Assembly: GCA_964016885.1 (NCBI GenBank)
Contig: OZ024746.1
Location: forward strand, 2,356,001 to 2,420,000
DNA length: 64,000 bases
Reading direction: 5' to 3'
DNA from: Eledone cirrhosa
Lineage: Eukaryota
A program made the translations under genes and the position numbers. The notes beneath the pieces were generated by a model, which saw nothing but the letters and a program-made list of their open reading frames with translations, did no database searches and was not told where the DNA came from. This document shows positions 53,490 through 64,000 of the stretch, piece after piece; positions within the stretch are counted from its first letter, which is position 1, and every line of letters starts with the position of its first letter.

Positions 53490-54350
53490 AACTGTAAGTG
53501 TATTAAATATGAGATACCCTGCTGTAAGTGTATTAAATATGTGATTCTATGCTGTAATTGTATTTAATATGAGATACACTGTTGTAAGTGTATTTAGTAT
53601 GTGATACACTGCTGTAAGTGTATTAAATATGTGATACTCTGCTGTAAGTGTATTAAATATGTGATACACTGCGGTAAGTGTATTTGCTATGTGATACACT
53701 GCTGCAAGTGTATTAAATGAGATACACTGCTGAAAGTGTATTCAATATGTGATACTCTGCTGTAAGTGTATTTAATATGTGATACACTGCTGTAAGTGTA
53801 TTAAATGAGATACACTGCTGCTGTAAGAGTATCTAATATGTGATGCCCTGCTGTAAGTGTATTTAATATGTGATACTCTGCTGTAAGTGCATTTAATATG
53901 TGATACCCTGCTGTAAGTGTATTTAGTATGTGATACCCTGATGTAAGTGTATTTAGTATGTGATACCCTGCTGTAAGTGTATTTAGTATGTGATACTCTG
54001 CTGTGAGTGTATTTAGTATGTGATACTCTGCTGTGAGTGTATTTAGTATGTGATACTCTGCTGTGAGTGTATTTAGTATGTGATACCCTTCTGTGAGTGT
54101 ATTTAGTATGTGATACTCTGCTGTGAGTGTATTTAGTATGTGATACTCTGCTGTAAGTGTATTTAGTATGTGATACTCTGCTGTGAGTGTATTTAGTATG
54201 TGATACTCTGCTGTGAGTGTATTTAGTATGTGATACTCTGCTGTGAGTGTATTTAGTATGTGATACTCTGCTGTGAGTGTATTTAGTATGTGATACTCTG
54301 CTGTGAGTGTATTTAGTATGTGATACTCTGCTGTGAGTGTATTTAGTATT
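53490..54350. repeat. 30-bp minisatellite, about 28 copies
   Basis: Unit ctgctgtgagtgtatttagtatgtgatact, degenerate at the left and homogeneous at the right. Confidence 0.95.
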
Positions 54351-54989
54351 TAGAATACTCTCCTGAAGTATATTCTGTTAGTTATCATCATTATCATCAT
54401 TTAACGTCCATTTTCCATGCTAGCATGGGTTAAACGAGTTGTCCTGCTGTGAGACAAGCCAATTCGGATGACCGTGTCTTGCTTCTACAGAACTGGCTGG
54501 GTTTATACAGCTGGATGCCCTTCCTAATGCCAACCACTTTACAATAGACTGGGTGCTTTTTGTTGTAACACCTACACGACCATTTTGGTCTAATAAGACC
54601 AAAATATATCCATTGTTTTCACCACAAGTTGGTTTTAATGACTTAATCTACTCTCATCTGAATCATCTTTATTTTCCACAAACTTCAATTAGCTAAATAC
54701 TTTCGATTTATCTCCCTTGTTGTTTTGAAATTCTAAATACTCATAGAGGGAGTGTTTACTAATTTCAAGGATTATTTCAATTAATTGTAGTTTTTCCATT
54801 CAGTGGTTGGTGTTAGGAAGGGCATCCAGCCATAGAAAACCTACCAGATAGTCCTATATGAGCGAGACACAGTCACCCGACCAACCTTGCCTCAAGTGGG
54901 ACAACTCCCGTCTAACCCATGCCAGCGTGGAAGATGGACATTAAACGAAGATGATGATGATGTGAGATTATTCTGTCCGTGGAAATATT

Positions 54990-55710
54990 AAAGATTGCAT
55001 TAGGAAACAGCAGATACAGCAGGAGATAAGCAATGTATTTGGCTGAAAGATGGAGGATGAAAGAGGAAAAGGGAAATCTTGAATAAGGTTGTGCACGGTA
55101 AAGCAATTAGAACAAACTTTGTTGAAACAAATATAGTCAGAACTCAGCAAAAATATAAAATATTGGATGTGCAGCAAAGTAGACAAAACTGTCAGCCATA
55201 TTGTGTGTGTATCAAGATGGTATAAAAAGAATATAAAAGAATACATGAGAGGTTAAAAAGAAAGACAATAAGATAAACTGGGAGGTTAGCAGGAAATTAA
55301 AAATTGAAGTAAATGAAAAACAAACAAACATCATGACCAGTAAAAGGTTATTTTCAGTAAATGTTTTAAAAATTGTGCAGAACCTTTCTGTGTAAGCTGG
55401 TCATGTAATATAAGACTTAATATAAGTATAGAACAAACATGTCAAATTATAACTGTTGCTATTCTATATGGTAGTGGAGTTGAAGTAAAAGAGAAGGAAA
55501 AATTTGAAAGATATCAGGAATTGTTTAAAGAACTTATAAGAACAGGTAAGTGAAAGAAATATTCTTGCTGTCATAGAATCACTGAAAACAACACTAAAAC
55601 ATCTGTTCATGAGATTGAAAAAAAAAAATTGGAATTGAGATACAGATAGTGAAGATATGGAAAACTACTATCATCTACTGTGCAAGAGTTGAAGAAACTT
55701 GTTGATATTA
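54990..55710 (+). mobile_element. Highly decayed R4/NeSL-like RLE non-LTR retrotransposon 3' part
   Basis: Broken-frame peptides KAIRTN, WMCSKVDKTVSHIV, KEYKRIHE, KFERYQELFKEL. Confidence 0.5.
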
Positions 55711-55781
55711 AATCTCATTTGACAGGATCAATGTGGAACTATGTTAAATACACAAATAAAAATGCTAATAACAAAGCTTAC

Positions 55782-55904
55782 CAACACACTGTTTCCCATT
55801 CTCCATCAGCCTGTAGCCAGTTTTACATTGACATTTATAACTTCCAATAGAGTTCTCACAAAGATGTTGACAGCCACCATTTTCTGCTGAACATTCATCA
55901 ATAT
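55782..55904 (-). CDS. cbEGF exon 2 (class B, 123 bp)
   Basis: ccag|...|gtaagc; [41 protein letters not shown]. Confidence 0.95.
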
Positions 55905-56255
55905 CTGGAAGGAGGAAAGAGACAAACGTTATTAAGACAGTTTTTATGACCTTTTGAAGAAAATGTATGTAATGAAAGTTGTGAGAAGATTTTGTTGGCA
56001 GCTAAGAAGAAATACGAAAACTTTGATTGCAGTAGAGTAAATAAATCCGTTCATCCCAGAATAGATGAATGATAATGTCAGAATGTTGAGGCATGAGATA
56101 ATGAGGGATCTCTCTTTTTGGTTGGTTGGCCTACTAGGAATAGCAGCCAAATCTCTTTCAAGTTACTCCCTAACATCTTAAACAACAACAACAACAAGGA
56201 AAAACAAGTGAAAAATTCATAAAAAATCTAATACTTGTGTAAACTAAAATTTATT

Positions 56256-56324
<69 letters not shown>

Positions 56325-56345
56325 GATATATATATATATATATAG

Positions 56346-56383
<38 letters not shown>

Positions 56384-56400
56384 ATATATATATATATAGT

Positions 56401-56443
<43 letters not shown>

Positions 56444-56586
56444 CTATATATATATATATATATAAACAATGAGTTATATGCTTTGTTGATAAGTATTCAA
56501 TTCATAACAGATAAATTTTATCTGGAGTATTATAATATTAACAATAATATTGTTAATATCAATATATATATATATATATCTATCAA

Positions 56587-58554
56587 GTGGCCAGGAGGGA
56601 AGCTAGGAGACAAGTGTACTTAGCAAGAAGGGAAGCTGAGGAAAGAAAGTTCAAGCATGTTCTACAACGCGATGACCAAAAACGTGAGGTGTTCAGGATT
56701 GCTAGGCAATGCGTCAAGGAAAACCGTGATATTGTCGGGGAGAAGTGTGTACTAAACGACGATGGCACACTTGCCATCACCGACGCTGATAAGAAGGTAG
56801 CTTGGAAGTGTCACTATGAAAGGCTACTAAATGAGGAGAATAAATGGGAGAAAGACAGTCTCCCCCATATCGACCCAATAGAGGGACCAGCAGTGTTAGT
56901 CGAGGGGAGTATAATAAGTAAGGCAATCAAGGATATGAAGACGGGTAAGGCGGCTGGGCCTTCGGAAATAGTTGCTGAGATGCTGAAGGCATCTGGCACG
57001 GTGGGACACACCATGGTCACCCGCATAGTTAACCAAGTCGTACAGAATGGGGTTGTTCCGAAGGACTGGCATAGCAGCATCATCGTTAACTGTTATAAGG
57101 GTAAAGGAGACGCCCTAGATAGGAGTAACTATAGAGGCATTAAATTAATCGACCAGGTCATGAAGGTCACGGAAAAAGTAATAGCGCAACTAATCAGAGA
57201 GAGAATTGACCTAGATGAAATGCAGTTCGGGTTTGTGTCAGGCAAAAGTACCACAGACGCTCTTTTCATAGTACGACAACTACAGGAGAAGTACCTAGCT
57301 AAAGGTAAACCCCTCTACTTAGCTTTTGTCGACTTGGAGAAAGCCTTCGACAGAGTCCCCCGCTCCATTATCTGGTGGGCTCTTAGAAAACTAGGCGTTG
57401 ACGAATGGCTTGTGAGGGCTATACAAGCCATGTATAAAGAAACAGTCAGCAAGGTTAGAATTAACAACGAATATAGTGAAGAGTTTAGCGTAAAAGTTGG
57501 CGTCCATCAGGGCTCTGTTCTTAGCCCCCTACTATTTATTATTGCCCTTCAGGCTATAACAGAGGAGTTCAAGACAGGCTGCCCATGGGAACTCCTATAC
57601 GCAGACGACCTGACACTCATAGCGGAATCAATGGCCGAGCTAGAGAAGAAATTCCAAACATGGAAGCACGGCCTAGAGTCAAAAGGACTTAAAATTAACC
57701 TGGCTAAGACCAAAGTACTAGTTTGTAGGAAAGAAAACAAGGCGGCGGTCCCTTCTGGGAAATGGTCGTGCTCGGTGTGTAGGAAAGGCGTAGGTAGAAA
57801 CTCCATTTTATGTCCTAAATGCAAAGTATGGGTGCATAAAAGATGTAGTGGGATCACAGGTAAGCTAACTAAGAACATAGATTTTACATGTGGCCGGTGC
57901 TCTGGTGCAATAAGTAGCAGCAAGTGCCCACAAAATACTAGCTCTTTCAATTGCGCAGAGGGTTCCATAGAAATAGTGGACAGCTTCCGTTACCTGGGCG
58001 ATAAAATCAGCAGTGGGGGAGGGTGCTCTGAAAGTACTGTAGCTAGAGTCAGAACTGGTTGGAAAAAGTTCAGAGAGCTTATACCACTATTAGCTGCTAA
58101 AGGGTTCTCACTAAAAATGAAAGGCAGGTTGTACGATGCCTGCATACGAACAGCAATGCTGCATGGCAGTGAGACCTGGGCATTGTGTGCAGAGGATATA
58201 CGCAGACTAGAGAGGAACGAAGCTTGCATGCTCCGCTGGATGTGTAACAGTAATATACGTGAACGGCAAAGCATAAACGAACTAAGGAAAAAATTAGAGA
58301 TAAGAGGGATCAGATGTTGTTTACTCGAGAGAAGGCTACGTTGGTATGGACACGTGATGCGCATGAAAGTCGATAGCTGTATAACAAAGTGCAGGGCAAT
58401 AAAGATAGACGGTAGTCACGGAATAGGCAGACCTAGAAAAACCTGGGACGAGCTGATAAACTCCGACATCACACACTTACACCTCTCCAAGACAATGTCA
58501 CTGGACCGAGACCTTTGGCGGTACTCAGTAACAGAGAAGACCCGCCTTACCTAA
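56587..58554 (+). CDS. LINE reverse transcriptase (partial ORF) with an internal PHD-type zinc finger
   Basis: [60 protein letters not shown]; C4HC3 insert CSVC...CPKC..WVHKRC...CGRC. Confidence 0.9.
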   Translation: MARREARRQVYLARREAEERKFKHVLQRDDQKREVFRIARQCVKENRDIVGEKCVLNDDGTLAITDADKKVAWKCHYERLLNEENKWEKDSLPHIDPIEGPAVLVEGSIISKAIKDMKTGKAAGPSEIVAEMLKASGTVGHTMVTRIVNQVVQNGVVPKDWHSSIIVNCYKGKGDALDRSNYRGIKLIDQVMKVTEKVIAQLIRERIDLDEMQFGFVSGKSTTDALFIVRQLQEKYLAKGKPLYLAFVDLEKAFDRVPRSIIWWALRKLGVDEWLVRAIQAMYKETVSKVRINNEYSEEFSVKVGVHQGSVLSPLLFIIALQAITEEFKTGCPWELLYADDLTLIAESMAELEKKFQTWKHGLESKGLKINLAKTKVLVCRKENKAAVPSGKWSCSVCRKGVGRNSILCPKCKVWVHKRCSGITGKLTKNIDFTCGRCSGAISSSKCPQNTSSFNCAEGSIEIVDSFRYLGDKISSGGGCSESTVARVRTGWKKFRELIPLLAAKGFSLKMKGRLYDACIRTAMLHGSETWALCAEDIRRLERNEACMLRWMCNSNIRERQSINELRKKLEIRGIRCCLLERRLRWYGHVMRMKVDSCITKCRAIKIDGSHGIGRPRKTWDELINSDITHLHLSKTMSLDRDLWRYSVTEKTRLT

Positions 58555-58940
58555 ATATATAGTAAAACCTACTCCAGCCAGTAGGCATCTCTACCAAAAT
58601 ACCCCCCCCCCCCCCCATCCACACCACCCCGTTCTATGTAAAGTTATGTTGGTGCCGCGCCATCGAGGCCGAAACAAATGAGATCGTGTAGGTGTCACGA
58701 CAAAAAAACACACAGTCCACGCTGTAATGTGGCCGTGTAGGCAACACGGTAAAAACCTCCCAGACCCACACTGTAAATGTGGTTGGTGTTAGGAAGGGCA
58801 TCCAACTGTAGAAAACCTGCCAGACAGTCCTATGCGAGCAAGACAATCACTCTTGCCTCAAGTGGGACTACCCCCGTCCAAACCCATGCAAGCGTGGAAC
58901 ATGGACGTTAAACGTTGATGATGATGATGATGATGATGAT
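56587..58940 (+). mobile_element. RTE-type LINE, 5'-truncated (endonuclease absent), with 3' UTR and (GAT)n tail
   Basis: 655-aa open frame with RT motifs; 3' UTR 58555-58915 ends in gatgatgat; begins next to a (TA)n tract. Confidence 0.92.
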
Positions 58941-60614
58941 ATATCCATTTATAAATGTAGCTTACTATATATATAGAAAAATGAAAAAGACATTTAATAA
59001 TGTGGGATGATGGGAAAAATATGCTTTATTCAATATTCCAGTTTTAACAAAACAAAATATTGATGAAGTTGAAATATGGAATAAATTGATATTACATTTA
59101 TGTCTGTATTGTGGCTCTCATTAATTACCTATGGGTGAGTAGATAAGAGATTTGCTTCTCAATCCTGAGATTTCAGGTTTGATACCATTACATAGAAATT
59201 AGAAAATGTCAGTTATAATATTCTCAGGTTGACCCAAACCTTGTGATCAGTGCCAGATTATGGTTAAGTCCATGTTGGAGCACAACCTGTAAATATTGAA
59301 TAATCTTGTTTGGATATTTTTTTCTTCACCTTTGTTGTTTTGTCTCTTCTGTGGGATATATTATAGAATTTGAGACTTGAAATATGTGGCTTCTGAAACT
59401 TAAGTCAGTAAACCTTTGTTGGAAGACATACTAAACATTTATATTGGTAAAGTGAATAAGTAATATACATTAAGAAAAAGATGAAATTTTTATAGCAGAA
59501 TATACTGTGGCAAGCTGCTTTCCTTTGGCGCATTGATATGCTGTCCATGCGTGATTTGGCTAAGGTAGGCCAATTGTTAGCCGCGCACGGATATGTATTT
59601 TCAGCTTCCACCCAAATCGAGAAATTCCCGCTTCTTTTAATAAATTCATTCTCTTTGTGCTTTGACCGTGGTAAGGTAAACAACCATTTTGCTTTTGCTC
59701 CGCAACCATTAACCAATATGTAACTCAGCAGTGTAACCATGGGCCTGGCTAACACCTCAGCCAGTGGACCGTACCTTCTGAAACCTTAATTTGTTTGTTT
59801 CATTTGTTTTGGCATGTCAGCTCAATCCAGCTCTTCTCACCTTAACCTTTGTTAATAAATTATGTAAAAACCTGTTACAACAAACTACATATTGTCATTG
59901 ATATTATTACTACATGGCTTAACATTATTTAACAGCTAAACTGGTTACTATTACTTGCTGCTATACTGGTGACAAATTAATATCATGCAAATACTTCTAA
60001 AATACCAAAATATTAATGGTATTTACTTTTATTGATTCAGGAATGATGAAAAGCAAGGGTGATCTGGTGAGATTTGAACTCAAGACAAAGTAGCCGTAAA
60101 ATAGTAATAAAACATCTTGTAAGAACTCTCCACTCTCAGTTGAGAAAGGTAATATAGAAACTGTTTCACTTGTTTGTCACTTCACAGTTCCAGGCAGGAA
60201 AAGATATGGTTATAATGACACTCAGTTTGAAAATCTTTGATCATTCTTAACTGGTAGATCATAGGCTTCTTCACAGAACTCAAAATCCGCAGAGTAATAT
60301 CCTGAGTTTGATATTCCAATTCTAGTGTTGTATTCTGCACTACCAAAATGTTTGTTATATCATTGACTTATGAAGAATCAAAGAGTAATTTAATTAGAAT
60401 CATAAGATCACAAACTCTTTGGACTATCCCATAGGGAGTGATTAACCGTTTTCTTCTTTCTAACACTGTAATTTGCATATCCAGTCTTTGCAGCTTACAG
60501 CTTTGTCTCTACCACTTTATCGATTGTTCCAAGTAATTTTATTTACTAAGACCAAATTATAAATAGGCTTCTATAAACTAGAACTAATTCTATTAATTTT
60601 TCCTAATTTTCTCC

Positions 60615-60960
60615 AGGTATCATGACAACCCCCCCCCCCAAAAAAAAACAATCTAGCCCACACTGCAAAGTGAGTGTGTAAGTGTCATGACAAAAAGCAC
60701 CCAGCCCACACTTTAAAATGGGTGTGTAGGTGTCATGACAAAAAGCACTGTAAAGTGGACATGTAGGTATCATGGCAAAAAGCATACACTGTAGATGTGG
60801 TGGGTGTTAGGAAGAGCATCCAACCGTAGAAACCAAGCTAGAAACAGTTCTGTATGAGTAAAACATAATCACCTGACCTGACTTGCCACAAATGGAACAA
60901 CCCGTCAAACCCATGCTAGCATGAAAAATAGACGTTAAATGATGATGATGATGATGATGA
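60615..60960 (+). mobile_element. Non-coding copy of the RTE 3' UTR (short truncated LINE or partner SINE)
   Basis: ggaagggcatcca..tgtagaaa...catgctagcatg..acgttaaa(tga)n; also near 8790(-), 11140, 15360, 17650, 31330, 35600, 54385(-) and 54803. Confidence 0.7.
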
Positions 60961-62131
60961 TATTGAAAACTGTAAAATATCAACAACAGCAGTTATCAGT
61001 TTATTAATGTCCCTTTTAACTTTTACAGCAATGAGTAGCAAAATGTGGGTAAATGAAGGAGTGACTTCCAAACTTAAGGTATTCCTTCATGACAGTCGAT
61101 CAGGTAAAGAGGCTGTGATTAATTCTGTGATCAAATTATCTTTTATGAAGCTTAATATAGAACTTGATGAAACAGTTACAAGAAAACAGTTTAATATGAT
61201 TTTATGTAACCTTTGTTGGAAGACATACTAAACAGCTACATTGGTAAAGTGAATAAGTAATATACATTAGGAAAATGATGAAGTTTTTATAGAAGAATAT
61301 GCCAAGATATTAATGGTATTTACTTTTATTGATTCAGGAATGATGAAAAGCAAGGGAGATCATGATATAAAAACATATTTTATTGAAATTATTTATAAAG
61401 GGATTGTTCTATCTTAATTCTTTTGGATTTATTCTGTGGTTGAAAAGACATAAATTCTGTGGCCAGTTTGTTCTGTATGATTTATGTTTGAGTATATTTA
61501 AGGGGTTTTCTTTTTTTTTTTTCTACGTGACCGTTTTTACTATCGTCATTGTTGGGAACATTGTTCAGCTTTGGTAAACAAAGTTTTGATATGAAAGCAA
61601 ATGACTGAAGGAAGCGTTTCATTGTGATTTTAAGACATAAGCTTTATGTCTTCAGATTCAGAGCTAGAAACATATGGCCATTAAAAAAACAAACAACATA
61701 TTAAGGAGTTTGTCAAATAGGTCAAATGACTAGCTTTTATCTTAGTTCCCCATGTTTCATGTCAGGGACTGATTTAGGATTTAACTGTTAGGAGGAAATA
61801 TTTTAATCTGGTAAGACAAATCCAAAGAATATTAACAGGTAGTTTCTAATTCTAAAAGACATTATTAAATTAACAACACTGGTTTAACAACATAATGGAA
61901 GATCTTATCCTTAACTGCTATTCTTTTCTATTTTATTCCAAACTGACAAAACAAATTTGCAGAAACCTCTAAAGTATCAAGCAGAGCTCTTTATCATTGA
62001 ACTGTCAATATTTTCTTTAAGAATAATGTAGTTGTCAATAAAATTGTCCTTGATCAACGGAGATCGTACAAAATAAGATGTGAAATAAGAACAGTAAATT
62101 GTATGCAGTGAATAATGCAACAGCAACCTAC

Positions 62132-62251
62132 CAACACATTGACTGTCATTAATGAGATTATAACCTGGTTGACAGGAACATTTGTAGTTTCCTATTGTAT
62201 TCTTACAGACCTGTTGGCAGCCTCCATTGTCTGATAAACATTCATTAATAT
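62132..62251 (-). CDS. cbEGF exon 1 of 13 (class A) of a multi-EGF extracellular protein gene
   Basis: AG/GT-flanked 120-bp phase 1-1 exon; translates [40 protein letters not shown] (6 Cys, D-x-N-E-C and C-x-N-x4-Y-x-C calcium-binding EGF consensus). Confidence 0.95.
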
Positions 62252-63588
62252 CTGCAATAACAAACAGGAAAAATTGTTACACCTAAGAAATAGATTTCAT
62301 AGTTGAATGGTAAGAAAATATAAAGTGATGGATGCTTTTCAAATATATTGAAGCATTAAGGTTACATTCAGAACCAGCATATTAAGGTTTCAGAATAAAT
62401 AATTCAATACTTAATTTGTTATTAATTGATATTCAATCTAAACTCTAACATAGATAATATAAAAGGAAATGTCATTTTGCAATTTTTTATCTACTGCATT
62501 ATCTGAAATGACAGAATTGCTTCACTTTCTGTGCCAATATCACTGTTGTCATCATCACCACCATCACCACTTCTACCACCACCATCACCGCTGCTACCAC
62601 CACCACCACCACACCCTCCCTCAATCATCATTTCATCACTACTGTAATTACCACCACCATTACCACCACCACCACCACCATTACCACCACCACCACCACC
62701 ACCACCACCGCCATTACCACCACCACCACCGCCATTACCACCACCACCACCACCACCACCACCACCACCACCACCACCACCACCACCATCACTGCTGTTA
62801 CTACTGTTATTGTATATCAGAGTAAAGCCTTCTCTCCTCTCAACCCTTGGCAATCTGTCACTTAAACTGTATTGAATACATTAAAGATGGTTGCATGTTT
62901 GACCACTTAATCTCAAAACTGGTCATATTTGTCATTCTGGCTGTATTAGATAGAAACTTACCAAATCTTACTACATTCACTCTACTTCAATATCCATTTA
63001 TACAAGAGATAATCACTTTATAACTATATAACTAGTTAATTATGCACTTAACCATTTCATTACCATATTTTTAATGGAAGACTCTGCATATAGTTTTCAA
63101 ATATTTTTCATATAATCAAGAATTTGAAGGGATTTAGTGATAATAATTAATGTTCTCATTATTGAGTTGGTGTTACACAGTTCTTTCATAAAATTATGAT
63201 GGAAAGTTTTAGATAAATATAAATGCTTTAAAACAAGATTTGTATGTTAGAACCAAGAGTAGTTTCAGGCAGTTTGGTATCAAAAAGGTTTATATAGTGA
63301 GCAAAAATATGATTATCGAATGGAATAGCTTGTGGTATTTCCTCCAATTGTTTGTGCTCTGAGTTTAAACCTTACCATGGCCTACTTGGATGGTAGACTT
63401 AATCCATTGCCTGGTTTAACATCAGCACCATGCAGTTGAATGACTTTAACAAAATCAACATGTATTTGGGGCAGGTCTCCGGTTTGGGGAGTATGGAAGC
63501 TCTAAAAAATCTTATGGTCACTGCTCTTTTCTGCTGACTAAGAACTTCTTTAATTTGACTGACCCTACCAGCACACAGCATTAAGCTG

Positions 63589-63788
63589 NNNNNNNNNNNN
63601 NNNNNNNNNNNNNNNNNNNNNNNNNNNNNNNNNNNNNNNNNNNNNNNNNNNNNNNNNNNNNNNNNNNNNNNNNNNNNNNNNNNNNNNNNNNNNNNNNNNN
63701 NNNNNNNNNNNNNNNNNNNNNNNNNNNNNNNNNNNNNNNNNNNNNNNNNNNNNNNNNNNNNNNNNNNNNNNNNNNNNNNNNNNNNNNN
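63589..63788. other. Assembly gap (200 N)
   Basis: Run of n. Confidence 1.
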
Positions 63789-64000
63789 AAAGACAGGACA
63801 GACACATACACTCCTGCTAACCACAGACATTTGTCTAGTAAGTGGCAAATTAGCAGAGTCATTAAAGAATTGGTATTTGTTCTGGTTCTGTGTAATTTGA
63901 GTTCAAATCTTGCCAAGGTCAACTTTGCCTTTTATCTTTTCAGGGATTGGTAAATATAGTATCTGTGAAGGGGTTGTGGATTGGCAGATAAAGCTTTGGA

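Noticed and set aside
2012-62251. Gene symbol (fibrillin, SCUBE, MEGF6, matrilin, fibulin)
   Set aside because: Only cbEGF repeats are visible; no TB, CUB, VWA or EMI domain in the window to assign orthology
62469-62853. Poly-His and poly-Gly ORFs
   Set aside because: (CAC)n microsatellite

Overview
AT-rich, microsatellite-dense eukaryotic DNA, probably from an octopus or other coleoid (inferred from the SINE and RTE repeat content). The window lies inside one minus-strand gene, of which 13 exons are visible. All are phase-1/phase-1 exons of 120 or 123 bp, each encoding one calcium-binding EGF domain. The exons follow a 4-exon period (A-B-C-D), and the three 123-bp B exons are about 94% identical at DNA level. 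The introns hold an RTE LINE with an open RT ORF carrying a PHD-type finger, Tx1, CR1, RTE, CRE and R4/NeSL-like LINE remnants, hAT relics, TTAA-flanked MITEs, Nin-domain SINEs and many minisatellites. The most striking structure is a near-perfect ~3-kb palindrome (28066-31039). It consists of two head-to-head 3' fragments of a Penelope-like retroelement in (TA)n, each ending in an extended type I hammerhead ribozyme with a U3-A8 core variant. Two smaller head-to-head inverted insertions in (TA)n share the design, one with a clear hammerhead motif and one with a weak one. Most ORFs in the supplied track are repeat artefacts. All calls were made by eye, with no database searches.
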